Positions 9,800 to 19,523 of a DNA stretch of 64,000 nucleotides are shown here, in pieces (position 1 is the stretch's first letter; each line of letters starts with the position of its first letter). Source of the DNA: a virus; the IMG/VR virus record IMGVR_UViG_3300032213_003144, positions 64,001-128,000 of that record. One strand, given 5' to 3'. The notes under the pieces are model-generated. The model was not told the DNA's origin, searched no databases, and saw nothing but the letters and a program-made list of their open reading frames with translations. The translations under genes were made by a program, and so were the position numbers.

Positions 9800-10397
9800 C
9801 GATATTACCCCAATACCAATATCCGATTTCAACATATACATGACAAAATTAGATGTTGATAATTCTAAAATTATGGAAGAATTGGACATAGGTAAAAGAC
9901 AGGTTGAGCCTTCCTATAAAGATGGTTTTCTATCCAAAACAACAGTCACGTATTTTGAAGATGAACGACTGCCACTAGACGCCAAAGAATGTGAAAAACT
10001 CAAGAAATTGATGACCGAAAAAGTTAGCATTGCTGCAGGAAAACCAATGATTCTTGCCGAGATATGGTCACTGACCCTCAGTCGTGGTCAGTCCATAACC
10101 GTTCACACACATAAGTCAAATACTCATATGCGTCCAGAAGATTACTACTCTGTTTCATATTATGTAAATGCCCCTGAGGGAAGCGCAAGATTGATATTCA
10201 ATGTAAACATATGTAACACAATTGAGCGCTTAATACCAATAACACCAGAGCCTGGAATGTTTTTAATTTTTAACTCATTCATACAGCATTACAGCGATAG
10301 ACATTGTTCAGACGAGCCAAGACTGGTTATAAGTGCAAATTTCCACCCCAAAGACCCTGATTTGACACCCGTCCCAGACTGGTCCGCCTACAACTAG
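9792..10397 (+). CDS. Putative 2OG-Fe(II) oxygenase (TIGR02466-like)
   Basis: W......G.....HTH, SVSYYV, PEPG.FLIFNS...H, RLVISANF. Confidence 0.75.
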   Translation: MNNDITPIPISDFNIYMTKLDVDNSKIMEELDIGKRQVEPSYKDGFLSKTTVTYFEDERLPLDAKECEKLKKLMTEKVSIAAGKPMILAEIWSLTLSRGQSITVHTHKSNTHMRPEDYYSVSYYVNAPEGSARLIFNVNICNTIERLIPITPEPGMFLIFNSFIQHYSDRHCSDEPRLVISANFHPKDPDLTPVPDWSAYN

Positions 10398-10406
10398 TAT
10401 CAATAT

Positions 10407-11267
10407 ATGGCTGCAGATATAAAAAATCTCGGTGGCGGTGTTGTCGTTTTTGAAGACGCAATTAGTGTCCCAATTGCGGAGATAGTAGAGGTCATTGACA
10501 GACTTTCTGATGATGCAATAAAAGAGCAGTACGAGTATGTATATGACACCAATGGCGAACCAATTCATGCAATAAACAAAAGTGGGTTTATCTACCAACT
10601 TGACTCAATAGCAAAAAGTCCAACAAGAATTCAAAACCTTACCGACCCATTCTTTTGGCAATGCGAAAACGCAATATACAAATGTCTTCTCCAGTACATC
10701 GAATTATTTCCCGCCGTTCTTCAGTGTCTATGGTGGAAAAGTGAAGGGCATGTCCTGAAGTACCCAACTGGCTCCAGTCTCGGATTCCACTGTGACAATG
10801 ACGTGAATTATCGATATGGACAACTCCCGCCTTTTGAGCATGCCACAAGGAATGTGATAAGTGCTCTTGTGTACATAAACAACAATTGCGATGACTCAGA
10901 TTGCGACCAGTTTTCCTTTACTGGCGGAGAAATGATTATTCCGTATTTCGACATAACTATAAAGCCAAAAAGCGGAACAGTAATTTTCATGCCAGCGAAT
11001 TATCTCGGTGCGCATGAAATTATGGAGATAACTTCTGGTTCCAGATACTCCTATCTTTCGTGGTTCGCCCAGGGCTCTCCACAGCAGGAGAAAGGTGTTT
11101 CTCCACAATACCTAGAAAGCTCAGACGATAGGCCCATCGGCGGTCAGTGGTGGATGCCAACACTTATTGCGGACTATGACAAACACCTTATGGACAAGTA
11201 TGGCGATGAGGGTAGAATACCCCCAGGAGCAACTCCATTCAAGTCAAGAAAGAACGACCATAAATGA
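10407..11267 (+). CDS. 2OG-Fe(II) oxygenase (LGGGVVVF paralog family)
   Basis: LWWK..GH.L.Y, HCDND, FTGGE, HE, GSRYSYL. Confidence 0.85.
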   Translation: MAADIKNLGGGVVVFEDAISVPIAEIVEVIDRLSDDAIKEQYEYVYDTNGEPIHAINKSGFIYQLDSIAKSPTRIQNLTDPFFWQCENAIYKCLLQYIELFPAVLQCLWWKSEGHVLKYPTGSSLGFHCDNDVNYRYGQLPPFEHATRNVISALVYINNNCDDSDCDQFSFTGGEMIIPYFDITIKPKSGTVIFMPANYLGAHEIMEITSGSRYSYLSWFAQGSPQQEKGVSPQYLESSDDRPIGGQWWMPTLIADYDKHLMDKYGDEGRIPPGATPFKSRKNDHK

Positions 11268-12154
11268 TTTTCAACGATTCAAAAGCCGAACATCTTGGTG
11301 GTGGTGTTGTTGTATTTCGCAATGCTGTATCTGTTAATTGGGAGTTTGCTAATAATATTTCAAAAGAAATAGTTGATAGAGAAGTTGTAGAAATGTATTC
11401 TCCGGCAATAAATCCAGATAGCGGCAAAGAAGAATACGTAAACAGAAGTGGATACTTCTTTTCTAAAACCGGAATCGACAAAATGCCCAAAAGGGGCTCA
11501 AGGGTTCATCAGGACACCAGGGGCGAGGTTGTCGAGTTGTTTACATTTTTAGAAGACTCAAAAGATAGGTACTTGTTCAAATACATGCACATGTTTCCAT
11601 TATCATATAAAAATATTTGGTGGAAAGTTAAAGGGCATTTAGTTAACTATTCGTCTGAATGTGGTGGATACATCGGTGAACACAGTGACACCAGCGTTGA
11701 CTATGTTTACGGCATTCCTCACCCACCCCATCAGTTGGCGTCAAGAAATACGCTCTCTTGCATTGTGTATTTTGGCAGCTGCGTTGATGGACACATTCCT
11801 TCTGGGCCTGGTGATTTTACTGGTGGACATCATAAATTTACATATCTTGATATTGAGTACATCCCAAACCGAGGGGACATACTGATGTTCCCGTCAAACT
11901 ATGTAGCAGCACACGAGGTAACACCAGTTAGGTCAGGAAATAGATTCACCTATCTCGGATGGTATGCACACGGAACTCCAAACCCAAACGTCAATGAAGA
12001 AGTCGAGGACCCAGGAGTCAATCCAGAAAAAGCCGCAATATCATCAAATGTTTATATCCCATATTTAAGAGATAAATTCTTGGATTATCTAGACTCTGTT
12101 GGTGAAGATAAATCTTCAAAAACATATAGACTTGCCCTCGGGGAAGGCATATGA
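11264..12154 (+). CDS. 2OG-Fe(II) oxygenase (LGGGVVVF paralog family)
   Basis: HSD, FTGG, FPSNY..AHEV, GNRFTYL. Confidence 0.85.
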   Translation: MIFNDSKAEHLGGGVVVFRNAVSVNWEFANNISKEIVDREVVEMYSPAINPDSGKEEYVNRSGYFFSKTGIDKMPKRGSRVHQDTRGEVVELFTFLEDSKDRYLFKYMHMFPLSYKNIWWKVKGHLVNYSSECGGYIGEHSDTSVDYVYGIPHPPHQLASRNTLSCIVYFGSCVDGHIPSGPGDFTGGHHKFTYLDIEYIPNRGDILMFPSNYVAAHEVTPVRSGNRFTYLGWYAHGTPNPNVNEEVEDPGVNPEKAAISSNVYIPYLRDKFLDYLDSVGEDKSSKTYRLALGEGI

Positions 12155-12879
12155 AATTAACACACCTCGGAAGCGGAATAGTATTAGTACGAAATTTAGT
12201 CGAAATTTCGCACGATGACACCAATGAAATAAGTGGAATATTCAACTCAACGGCACCACAAGGTTTTTCGATTGTTAATGGGAAAATAATAAGTGATGGT
12301 GGATATGAGTTTGACGAGATTGGTAGGAGCAAGTCTCCGACCAGATATACAGACATAGGAGAATTCGCTATAACAAAGAAGTTGAGGGAGTCAATGTATT
12401 CAGCAATCGTTGAATACTGTAAAGTATTCCCAGTTGCTCTTGAGTGTATAACTGGGCAGACTGATGGCTACATGATTAGATATGGTCACGGAAGTGATAT
12501 GGGTCCACACTCGGATTGCAATCTTCCGTACAAACCTGGAACCCTTGAGCCGATGACAAGTAGTCCTGCATTCAATACTCTTACAACCTCTATATTTCTT
12601 AACGACGGGTACGCCGGGGGGGAGGTGACTTTCAGGATGTGGGGAATCACGGTTAAGCCAGAAGCTGGAACTGCAATTATCTATCCATCAAATTTCATTG
12701 GCTGCCACGAGGTTGCGGAAGTCAGCGATGGAGAAAGGTGGGCTTTTCTTAGTTGGTTTTTCCACGGAAACGGACAGGAGAGCAAAGATGGTTCCTATGA
12801 GTGGTCCCAGCAACTAAAGCAAAAAGTTGGACTTGGAAATATTTTTCAGAAAAACATTCTAATAGGGGATATTAGCTGA
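12151..12879 (+). CDS. 2OG-Fe(II) oxygenase (LGGGVVVF paralog family)
   Basis: LGSGIVLV, HSD, FLNDGYAGGE, YPSNF..CHEV, GERWAFL. Confidence 0.85.
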   Translation: MKLTHLGSGIVLVRNLVEISHDDTNEISGIFNSTAPQGFSIVNGKIISDGGYEFDEIGRSKSPTRYTDIGEFAITKKLRESMYSAIVEYCKVFPVALECITGQTDGYMIRYGHGSDMGPHSDCNLPYKPGTLEPMTSSPAFNTLTTSIFLNDGYAGGEVTFRMWGITVKPEAGTAIIYPSNFIGCHEVAEVSDGERWAFLSWFFHGNGQESKDGSYEWSQQLKQKVGLGNIFQKNILIGDIS

Positions 12880-13417
12880 ACAATCTTTTAAAGGTTGTTC
12901 GATTGAGTGCCTTCGCCGAATCAGCACAAATGTGAACCTTCCATATCCCATCAGAAAATAGGGATTCTACAAGTTTTATTGATTCTTGCTTGCCCGACAA
13001 ATATAAGTCACGCTTATCCTCACCGCCCCCTTGGTCGTACCCGGTAGGAAATCCTCGAAACAGTGCTTCAACAAAATCTATATTTGCGGAACCTGCCATT
13101 TCTCTTACTTCTTGTTCCGACTCTTCACCGTGAAGATTGTTTCCGTCGACATATATGCCCTTGAAACCATGTTTTGCTGTTGCGGTAATTGTTTCAATCC
13201 CAATATTTAATCTTCCTATACAAAATAGAATGTCTGAAGCATCCAGCAGCTCAGGAAGTGAGTCATGTCGTACTGCGCCGGTAAGTGTTTTAGCGTTATC
13301 CAGTGTCTGTTGAGAACGACCAATAGGAGTCCAGTGGACTTCGTTTCCGGAATTAGTGACACTCTTTGAGATTGTTAGGCCCATTTTCCCCATAGACACA
13401 ATTCCAACCTTAAGCAC
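12872..13417 (-). CDS. NAD(P)-binding Rossmann domain (6PGDH/3-hydroxyisobutyrate dehydrogenase N-terminal-like)
   Basis: KVGIVSMGKMG, SDILF, IYVDGN, LYLSG, ASxxK-like SAKALN; no C-terminal helical domain. Confidence 0.65.
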   Translation of the reverse strand: MLKVGIVSMGKMGLTISKSVTNSGNEVHWTPIGRSQQTLDNAKTLTGAVRHDSLPELLDASDILFCIGRLNIGIETITATAKHGFKGIYVDGNNLHGEESEQEVREMAGSANIDFVEALFRGFPTGYDQGGGEDKRDLYLSGKQESIKLVESLFSDGIWKVHICADSAKALNRTTFKRLFS

Positions 13418-13419
13418 GA

Positions 13420-14409
13420 CTATTGGGCTTTCTGGTTTGCCGGATTTATGTATCCTTGTTCGCCCTCTAGGTTTCTGACGAGGTAATCAACATTGTTGGA
13501 ATTCTCGTCCAGGTGAGAAAAGTTTGTCCTCAGATGGGAGCAATAAGCTTGATAGTCATCAAACACTGAATCAATCCAATGTGGAGCACACCAGTTTGAA
13601 ACCTCTCCTGGCTCAACAACTTCTATTCTGACATTTGCATCAGGGCTACCCTGAGAAAAAAACTCCAAATACGAATAACGAGTTCCGCCAGTAACCGTAT
13701 TTACGCCATGTGAGGCAACATAATTTGTGGGGAAGATTATTATGTCTCCCCGTTTGGCTTGATGAGATATACCCAGGTATGGGAAAAATAATTCACCGCC
13801 TGAATAGTTTGTTCCATCTAGCTCTTCCACCGAACCAACGCAATCGTTAATATAAAGAAGTACTGCAACCGTCTGTCTTGCGCCAAGCTGACCATAGGGG
13901 ATGTATCGCTGACCGCCAGTGGCCCTGTAGTTCGTATCATTATCGTTGTGAAGGCCGAGATACTTCCCGGTGTCGTAACGGAGAATGTGTCCTCGGTTTC
14001 TCCACCAGATTGTTCCTGCGACAAGGGGGAACATGTCGATATATCTAATTAGGGATTTATAAATAGAATCTTCCCAGTTTCTTACAATGTCCACAACCTC
14101 TTGCTCTGTGTTGTCTTGAATTGGTTGAAGCACTCTTACCGGTACGGCCTCCACCTGTTCCAGGGAGAACTTGTTCCCGTCCTCATTTTTTAAGTACACC
14201 ACTCCGTTTATGTCTGTGTCGTACTTCCATCTCTGCTGATGCGCAGCAAGGGCATTTTTATCAATCCATTTGGACATAAACTCCAAGTTGGTTTCCATGA
14301 CATTGTGAAAAACAACCACCCCACCACCAAGGTTGGTAAAGTCCAATTTCCTGATTTCCTCCAGAACCTCTGGCGTCATTTCTGGTGTATCAACCTCATA
14401 CCTCTTCAA
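13420..14409 (-). CDS. 2OG-Fe(II) oxygenase (LGGGVVVF paralog family)
   Basis: LGGGVVVF, WWRNRGHILRY, HNDND, YSGGELFF, HGV, GTRYSYL. Confidence 0.85.
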   Translation of the reverse strand: MKRYEVDTPEMTPEVLEEIRKLDFTNLGGGVVVFHNVMETNLEFMSKWIDKNALAAHQQRWKYDTDINGVVYLKNEDGNKFSLEQVEAVPVRVLQPIQDNTEQEVVDIVRNWEDSIYKSLIRYIDMFPLVAGTIWWRNRGHILRYDTGKYLGLHNDNDTNYRATGGQRYIPYGQLGARQTVAVLLYINDCVGSVEELDGTNYSGGELFFPYLGISHQAKRGDIIIFPTNYVASHGVNTVTGGTRYSYLEFFSQGSPDANVRIEVVEPGEVSNWCAPHWIDSVFDDYQAYCSHLRTNFSHLDENSNNVDYLVRNLEGEQGYINPANQKAQ

Positions 14410-15394
14410 TTGCGTTCACCCTTTCTGCGATGTGCGTTTCTCCATACTGAGTGACGCATCTATTTTGAAAAACAGGATTTGCTCCCAGCTCAAGGTCGGG
14501 GGTTGGGTGTGACCATATTGAGAATTCAGATTTGCAATAACGCTCATAGTCATCGTAGATACTGTCGAACCAAACAGGTTCGCACCATTGGATACTTTCG
14601 ACAGACTCCTTAATTCGGATATTTGCAGATTCATCAGTTCCGCCTTGACCAAAGAAAGTTAGATACGCATACCTAGTGCCACCCTCCATCTTGGTTACTC
14701 CATGAGCACATATATAATTGGTTGGAAACATGATGATGTCTCCCTTTTGCGGCTTATAATCAATCCCAAGATACGTGAACTTTAAGTGACCCCCGACGAA
14801 TGTCTCTTCAGTTAGGTCGTCTTTGGAGTCAACGCAATTATTGAAGTAGGCAAGTGCTCCGGCTGTTTGACGAAGTGCGACCTGGCCCCTAGGCATGTAT
14901 CGAACACCTTCGGTCACTTTGTAGTTGGTGTCATTGTCCTGATGCCAGCCAAGTATGCCTCCACCGTCATACCTGAGTATGTGTCCGCGTGTTCTCCACC
15001 ATAGGCTTCCGACGATAAGTGGGAACATGTCAATATATTTTATTAAACATTTATAAATGACGTTCTCGAGCTCTGTGAAGTATTGGGTGGCATATTCATC
15101 TGTCGACTCGATAACGGGCTCTAGCAGCCTCACAGGAGCGTTTGGGACGTCCTCCAGGCGATACCTGAAGCCATCTTCGTTGATGCCGTACTCAACTCCA
15201 TCCTCGCCAGTTATGTATGTCCATCTAACCTTATGTGCTTCGGCTGCACAGTCGTCAATATGCTCAAGGATTCTATCTTCTACCTTGAATACATTCTTGA
15301 AAACGACTATTCCGCTTCCGAGGTCCTCAAAGGCAAATTCTGATATTTCCTTAAGTTCGTTTTCCCCAATGATTGGGGTGCCGGGCATTATCAC
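14396..15394 (-). CDS. 2OG-Fe(II) oxygenase (LGGGVVVF paralog family)
   Basis: LGSGIVVF, WWRTRGHILRY, HQDND, FPTNY..AHGV, GTRYAYL. Confidence 0.85.
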   Translation of the reverse strand: MIMPGTPIIGENELKEISEFAFEDLGSGIVVFKNVFKVEDRILEHIDDCAAEAHKVRWTYITGEDGVEYGINEDGFRYRLEDVPNAPVRLLEPVIESTDEYATQYFTELENVIYKCLIKYIDMFPLIVGSLWWRTRGHILRYDGGGILGWHQDNDTNYKVTEGVRYMPRGQVALRQTAGALAYFNNCVDSKDDLTEETFVGGHLKFTYLGIDYKPQKGDIIMFPTNYICAHGVTKMEGGTRYAYLTFFGQGGTDESANIRIKESVESIQWCEPVWFDSIYDDYERYCKSEFSIWSHPTPDLELGANPVFQNRCVTQYGETHIAERVNAIEEV

Positions 15395-15396
15395 GG

Positions 15397-16020
15397 CTAA
15401 CCGACAAGAAACTTGACTGCATCAATCACGGTCCAAGACTGTCCTGCCGCAACCGGTTTTTCTGCAAGCGGTCTATCGGCCCAATTGAATCTTCCAACCT
15501 GTTGACCGTCTCGGCTTATGAGGAATTTTTCATTGTTATGTGGGATTCTCATTATTGCCTGTCCGGCGAGATTCTGTCCAGCGGCAGCACCTTCGGAGCC
15601 GTCGGCCTTGTTGTCGTCGAAAGAACGAACAGTATCCCCCTTCATGAAGCTCCAGGTTTTATGTTCGTCCGGACCGTTGACATCAATTTTTTCTGTTATA
15701 GGGAAGGTGACGAATGGGTATGCTTCTGAAACAAATTTTGCTATTTCCTCATTACCCATCGGGTCCATTTCGCTGAATTGATTACACGGAAAAGCTACAA
15801 CGCTGAAACCTTTGTCTTCAAACATTTCGTGAAGCATTTGCAATTCCCATAGTTGTCTTGCCGCTCTTGCGTAAGACCAAACAGGACTACACTTAGGCGT
15901 ATACCCAGCCTTGGTCGCAATGTTTGTAAATAGGCATACTTTCCCCCTCACTGAGTCAAGTAAATTTGGGGACCCGTCTATAGAGTTAATTGAAATATCA
16001 AAAATTGAACGATTGGTCAT
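15397..16020 (-). CDS. Glutathione peroxidase (BtuE/Gpx)-like protein with altered active site
   Basis: GKVCLFTNIATKAG, VVAFPCNQF, VTFPI.EKIDVNG, N.EKFLI.RDG. Confidence 0.8.
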   Translation of the reverse strand: MTNRSIFDISINSIDGSPNLLDSVRGKVCLFTNIATKAGYTPKCSPVWSYARAARQLWELQMLHEMFEDKGFSVVAFPCNQFSEMDPMGNEEIAKFVSEAYPFVTFPITEKIDVNGPDEHKTWSFMKGDTVRSFDDNKADGSEGAAAGQNLAGQAIMRIPHNNEKFLISRDGQQVGRFNWADRPLAEKPVAAGQSWTVIDAVKFLVG

Positions 16021-16316
16021 ACTTTTACTCCGTTTATTTCGACGGTAACGTACTTATCAATCTCAACAAATCCTTTTAGTATTTTGCCGACCGATTGAAA
16101 CTTGCAGTGAAAATCAACGCTCATCGGGATATCGGTATGACCGCATAGGTCGACGTCAATCGTGTCGTCTGTCGTATTGATTATGGCTCCAGAGAATTGA
16201 ACTATACCCTTGTCGTGGGATATTGAGCCAGAGCCGTCATCGTTCAGACCGATGACATACGATTCTTTACCCAGTGGGGATAATGCGCTTACTGACCAAG
16301 TTCCCAAAGATTCCAT
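16017..16316 (-). CDS. Hypothetical beta-rich protein
   Basis: Leaderless promoter TGcTAACAT (16323-16331) 6 nt upstream of ATG. Confidence 0.6.
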   Translation of the reverse strand: MESLGTWSVSALSPLGKESYVIGLNDDGSGSISHDKGIVQFSGAIINTTDDTIDVDLCGHTDIPMSVDFHCKFQSVGKILKGFVEIDKYVTVEINGVKV

Positions 16317-16335
16317 GAGGGTATGTTAGCACTGA

Positions 16336-17124
16336 CTATGGAGTCCTGAAGTATATTCCTTCGCCCCACTTGGCAAAAACATCAGAATGCTTTTCGACCA
16401 TTTCATCACGAATGGTACCTGACTGCTCGTAGAGCTCTCTGTCTTCAGGCTTGACATCTGGGTTTGAGAACATATTGCAATAATGCCCGATTAGGGATTT
16501 TCTTGTTAGTCCCCTATTGACCGGCATTGAACCTCTGTGAACAAGATGCCCGTGCCAAATTATGACATCACCCTTTTCGGCAATAAATGGGAACGTAGTT
16601 GCATTCCGTTTATCTATTTCTTTTTGGAAGAAATCATGAGATGATAATCCCTCTCTGATTCTTCCTGGCTTGCCAGGCTCCGTCAGGTACAAATCATCCA
16701 AACTGCAATTCCAGTTATGTGAACCAGGGACTATCTCGAACGGACCGGCTTCAGGGCTGACATCCTCAAGAGCAACCCAAGCGCCCTGATAATTGTCTCC
16801 AGCTTCTTTGAACGTAAAAGCTGCATCTTGATGCCAACCTTGTTCGGTTGACGTGAAGTACGTGACGTTCTTGTGAAGAGCTACCGCCTTGTTGACGTCA
16901 ACGAAAGTTCTTGCAATAGAGTCGTGGCAAAGAATGTCCATGATTTCTGGGTGGTCGAGGTATACGTCGAAGTCATTGCCCCATCCCTCTAGGTTTCCTC
17001 GTTCGTCCATTCGGTCTGCTACGTGCTTTAGCCAGAGCTGTTCGTATTTCTCGATGAGGTCGTCAGGGATTGCTTTTTTTAGTAATACGTAGCCATTTTC
17101 GTCGTAAAAGTCTTTAATGCTCAT
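16336..17124 (-). CDS. Phytanoyl-CoA dioxygenase (PhyH)-family 2OG oxygenase
   Basis: FYDENGYV, WHQD, WVALED...AGP...VPGSH, GDVIIWHG.LVHRG, R.SL..HY. Confidence 0.88.
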   Translation of the reverse strand: MSIKDFYDENGYVLLKKAIPDDLIEKYEQLWLKHVADRMDERGNLEGWGNDFDVYLDHPEIMDILCHDSIARTFVDVNKAVALHKNVTYFTSTEQGWHQDAAFTFKEAGDNYQGAWVALEDVSPEAGPFEIVPGSHNWNCSLDDLYLTEPGKPGRIREGLSSHDFFQKEIDKRNATTFPFIAEKGDVIIWHGHLVHRGSMPVNRGLTRKSLIGHYCNMFSNPDVKPEDRELYEQSGTIRDEMVEKHSDVFAKWGEGIYFRTP

Positions 17125-17188
17125 GAACTAGACATTACACCATTTCTGCTAATAGTAAGACACACACTATAAAAATGCTGAAATCTAT

Positions 17189-17650
17189 TTACGTTTTAAC
17201 CCAAAAGAAGGAAGACGCATACCTATCTCCTGCGGTGATTTCTTTTACACCATGAAAAACCGGATTGCGCCAAAAAATAAGCGAACCCTCTTTCGGCTTA
17301 ATCTCTATCTTGTCATCAGGGAAGTATATTTCACCACCATCAAAACTATCAACCCAGTACAGTGTTGACGAAAAATCTGGTCTTTCTTCTCTCTTTGTGA
17401 AATCAATATGGACATCCTGTTTTTCCCCAATTGTGGAAATGTTGTAGTCCAACCCTGGATAGTCATATTCTTGGACTGTGATTGAAAATTCTGCTTCTAT
17501 TAAAGATTTTACCCTGTCCCTTATCGACTCGTAGTTGATTGTTGGTGGCAGGGACGGGAACCCATCTTTTGGGGTATTGGATATATGTTGAGCAAAAATC
17601 TCTAATTCAGAAGCTGTTAGTAAATCTTCAATATAATGAATTCTGCTCAT
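17189..17650 (-). CDS. 2OG-Fe(II) oxygenase
   Basis: HID, FDGGEIYF, KPKEGSLIF, HGVKEIT.GDRY. Confidence 0.8.
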   Translation of the reverse strand: MSRIHYIEDLLTASELEIFAQHISNTPKDGFPSLPPTINYESIRDRVKSLIEAEFSITVQEYDYPGLDYNISTIGEKQDVHIDFTKREERPDFSSTLYWVDSFDGGEIYFPDDKIEIKPKEGSLIFWRNPVFHGVKEITAGDRYASSFFWVKT

Positions 17651-17668
17651 GTTTTCACAACGACCTTA

Positions 17669-18610
17669 TTAATCCAATGCATCCATTGCTTCGTAGAACT
17701 CCACTGGGTTGAAGCCGGCAAAATCTAGGTACTCTTTCAATTTTTCTGCATTTGGTGCTCCGCTATCGCCAAATAATTCACCCATATATATGCTTCGTTG
17801 GCGAGCTAAATCTTTTTGAAAACGTACTGAATAGCGGTTCATGTTTGAATGACCAATGTTGCCATGCCAATCATTTTCATAAAAAACCTCACCCTTGTTC
17901 ATGTGCCATAAAAATGGCTTTCCAATCGAGAACATTCTGTAACCACGAGTGTATGAGCGAAGTGCTACGAGGTGCTCATCACCAATAAATACAAACTTCC
18001 AGTCATGCCCAACCTCCTCCAACCATGATGATGAAGCAAACAAGACGTGGCCAGCAATCGTGTTGTGCTCAACCACATCTTCTCCGCACACAACTGAATC
18101 CCAAGACCTTTTTGGCTCTATCCAATTTTTTTCTGGAAAACCAAAAATGTAAGAACATACGTTGCAACAATTCTGTGAATCCGGTTTGTAGTGGAGTATT
18201 TCCCCATTTTCCCCTACTGACCACCATGGCACGAATGTTGAGATAATCGGTTTTTCGAACCCAGATTCAATTATTTTTTTATGTGCAGATATCAGACCGG
18301 AATCCCAATTTTTTTCAAAAAGCATGTGGGCGTCAATTTGTAAATAGTAATCCTCATTATTCCAAAATGAATCAGCTATCAATCTGTCAACACCAAAACC
18401 AGAAGGTTTACCAATTATTGAATATCTTACTTGAACGTTTTTAAGCATTGACAGGTCTTCGAAGCATCCGTCATTTGACTGATAATTTATTCCAAAAAAC
18501 ACTCGTTCTTGATGTTCGGCCATCTTTTGAGCTGACTCAATTGTTTGTTTTAAATATTGCTCATTATACGCAGGAATTGAAATAAAAATTGTCTTTTGAT
18601 TGTCGGTCAT
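17669..18610 (-). CDS. GT-A glycosyltransferase, GT60/Skp1 hydroxyproline GlcNAc-transferase-like
   Basis: TIFISIPAY, RVFFGI..Q, EDYYLQIDAHMLF..NWD..LI, KPIIST, F.G.E..VALR.YT.GY. Confidence 0.7.
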   Translation of the reverse strand: MTDNQKTIFISIPAYNEQYLKQTIESAQKMAEHQERVFFGINYQSNDGCFEDLSMLKNVQVRYSIIGKPSGFGVDRLIADSFWNNEDYYLQIDAHMLFEKNWDSGLISAHKKIIESGFEKPIISTFVPWWSVGENGEILHYKPDSQNCCNVCSYIFGFPEKNWIEPKRSWDSVVCGEDVVEHNTIAGHVLFASSSWLEEVGHDWKFVFIGDEHLVALRSYTRGYRMFSIGKPFLWHMNKGEVFYENDWHGNIGHSNMNRYSVRFQKDLARQRSIYMGELFGDSGAPNAEKLKEYLDFAGFNPVEFYEAMDALD

Positions 18611-19272
18611 AAATCAAATTTTTCTATTGAAGAGTTTACAGATGCCCTGTATGTTGTCTTAAAGTACTCATGTCTATTGTAGTCAAACATAGTGACAACG
18701 GAATATTTGATACCATCTTCGACATTTAGGGCAGAGTGCATATACATAAAATTAGAAGGAAACACAATAATATCCCCAGCCTCAGGCTGAATGGTCACGT
18801 CAAGATTTTTGAAGTGCAGAGCACCCCCAGTAAAATCTGAATTTAAATACGCAACTGACGAAACAGATGCGACATAGCTAAAACCATCATCTGAATGATA
18901 ATTAAAGTAGTTATCATCATAATACTTTATGATATTCATAGTTTCCACGAAACCTAGGTCAACATTGAAATTCCTGGCATAATTTAATGCCGTATCGATT
19001 ATTTTGTTCCGCATCGAATTTACAATTCGAATATCATCTATGTCGTATTGTTTGTTTTTTAATGCAACTAGGTCTGGTTTCCAATCAAAACATTTCCTAT
19101 AAGTCGCACTTAATTGATAGTGTCCAACTTGCGCGGGGGACCATAGACACTCTTGGCCGTTTTGCCCACTAGCAATTCTCTCTATTGCGTCAACTACTGC
19201 TGGCGCATCATCTATTGCGTTTGGGAATCTCCAAATTCCAAAGCGTTCTTCACCACAGTATGCGTGGTCCAT
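18607..19272 (-). CDS. 2OG-Fe(II) oxygenase, prolyl-4-hydroxylase-like (paralog of 2695..3426)
   Basis: HSDDGFSY, YLNSDFTGG, FPSNFMY.H, G.KYSVVTMFDYN. Confidence 0.85.
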   Translation of the reverse strand: MDHAYCGEERFGIWRFPNAIDDAPAVVDAIERIASGQNGQECLWSPAQVGHYQLSATYRKCFDWKPDLVALKNKQYDIDDIRIVNSMRNKIIDTALNYARNFNVDLGFVETMNIIKYYDDNYFNYHSDDGFSYVASVSSVAYLNSDFTGGALHFKNLDVTIQPEAGDIIVFPSNFMYMHSALNVEDGIKYSVVTMFDYNRHEYFKTTYRASVNSSIEKFDL

Positions 19273-19278
19273 TGATTG

Positions 19279-19506
19279 CTACCACTTGCCAAGCGGGCAT
19301 GCGGCTGCCTCCATCTTCACCTTGAGTTTCATGAAGCATCCACACTCTTTGCATTGTTTTGTTGTTTTGATTAAGCTCGGGCACTCCTCGCATATTTTGA
19401 ACCGATTTGCCGAAACATCTTCCGTCGCTTGAGGTGTGTTTGGGTTTAGTACATCCCACGGACGTGTTGTGCCTAGTTTCTTTTTATATTCTTGCCATGC
19501 ATTCAT
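19279..19506 (-). CDS. Small Cys-rich metal-binding protein (DUF6171-like)
   Basis: R..ICEEC...QCKECGCFM..K......CP.GKW. Confidence 0.7.
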   Translation of the reverse strand: MNAWQEYKKKLGTTRPWDVLNPNTPQATEDVSANRFKICEECPSLIKTTKQCKECGCFMKLKVKMEAAACPLGKW

Positions 19507-19523
19507 GCTGTAAATCCTTGCTC

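Noticed and set aside
15397-16020. Selenocysteine recoding in the GPx-like gene
   Set aside because: The active-site codon is GCT and there is no in-frame TGA
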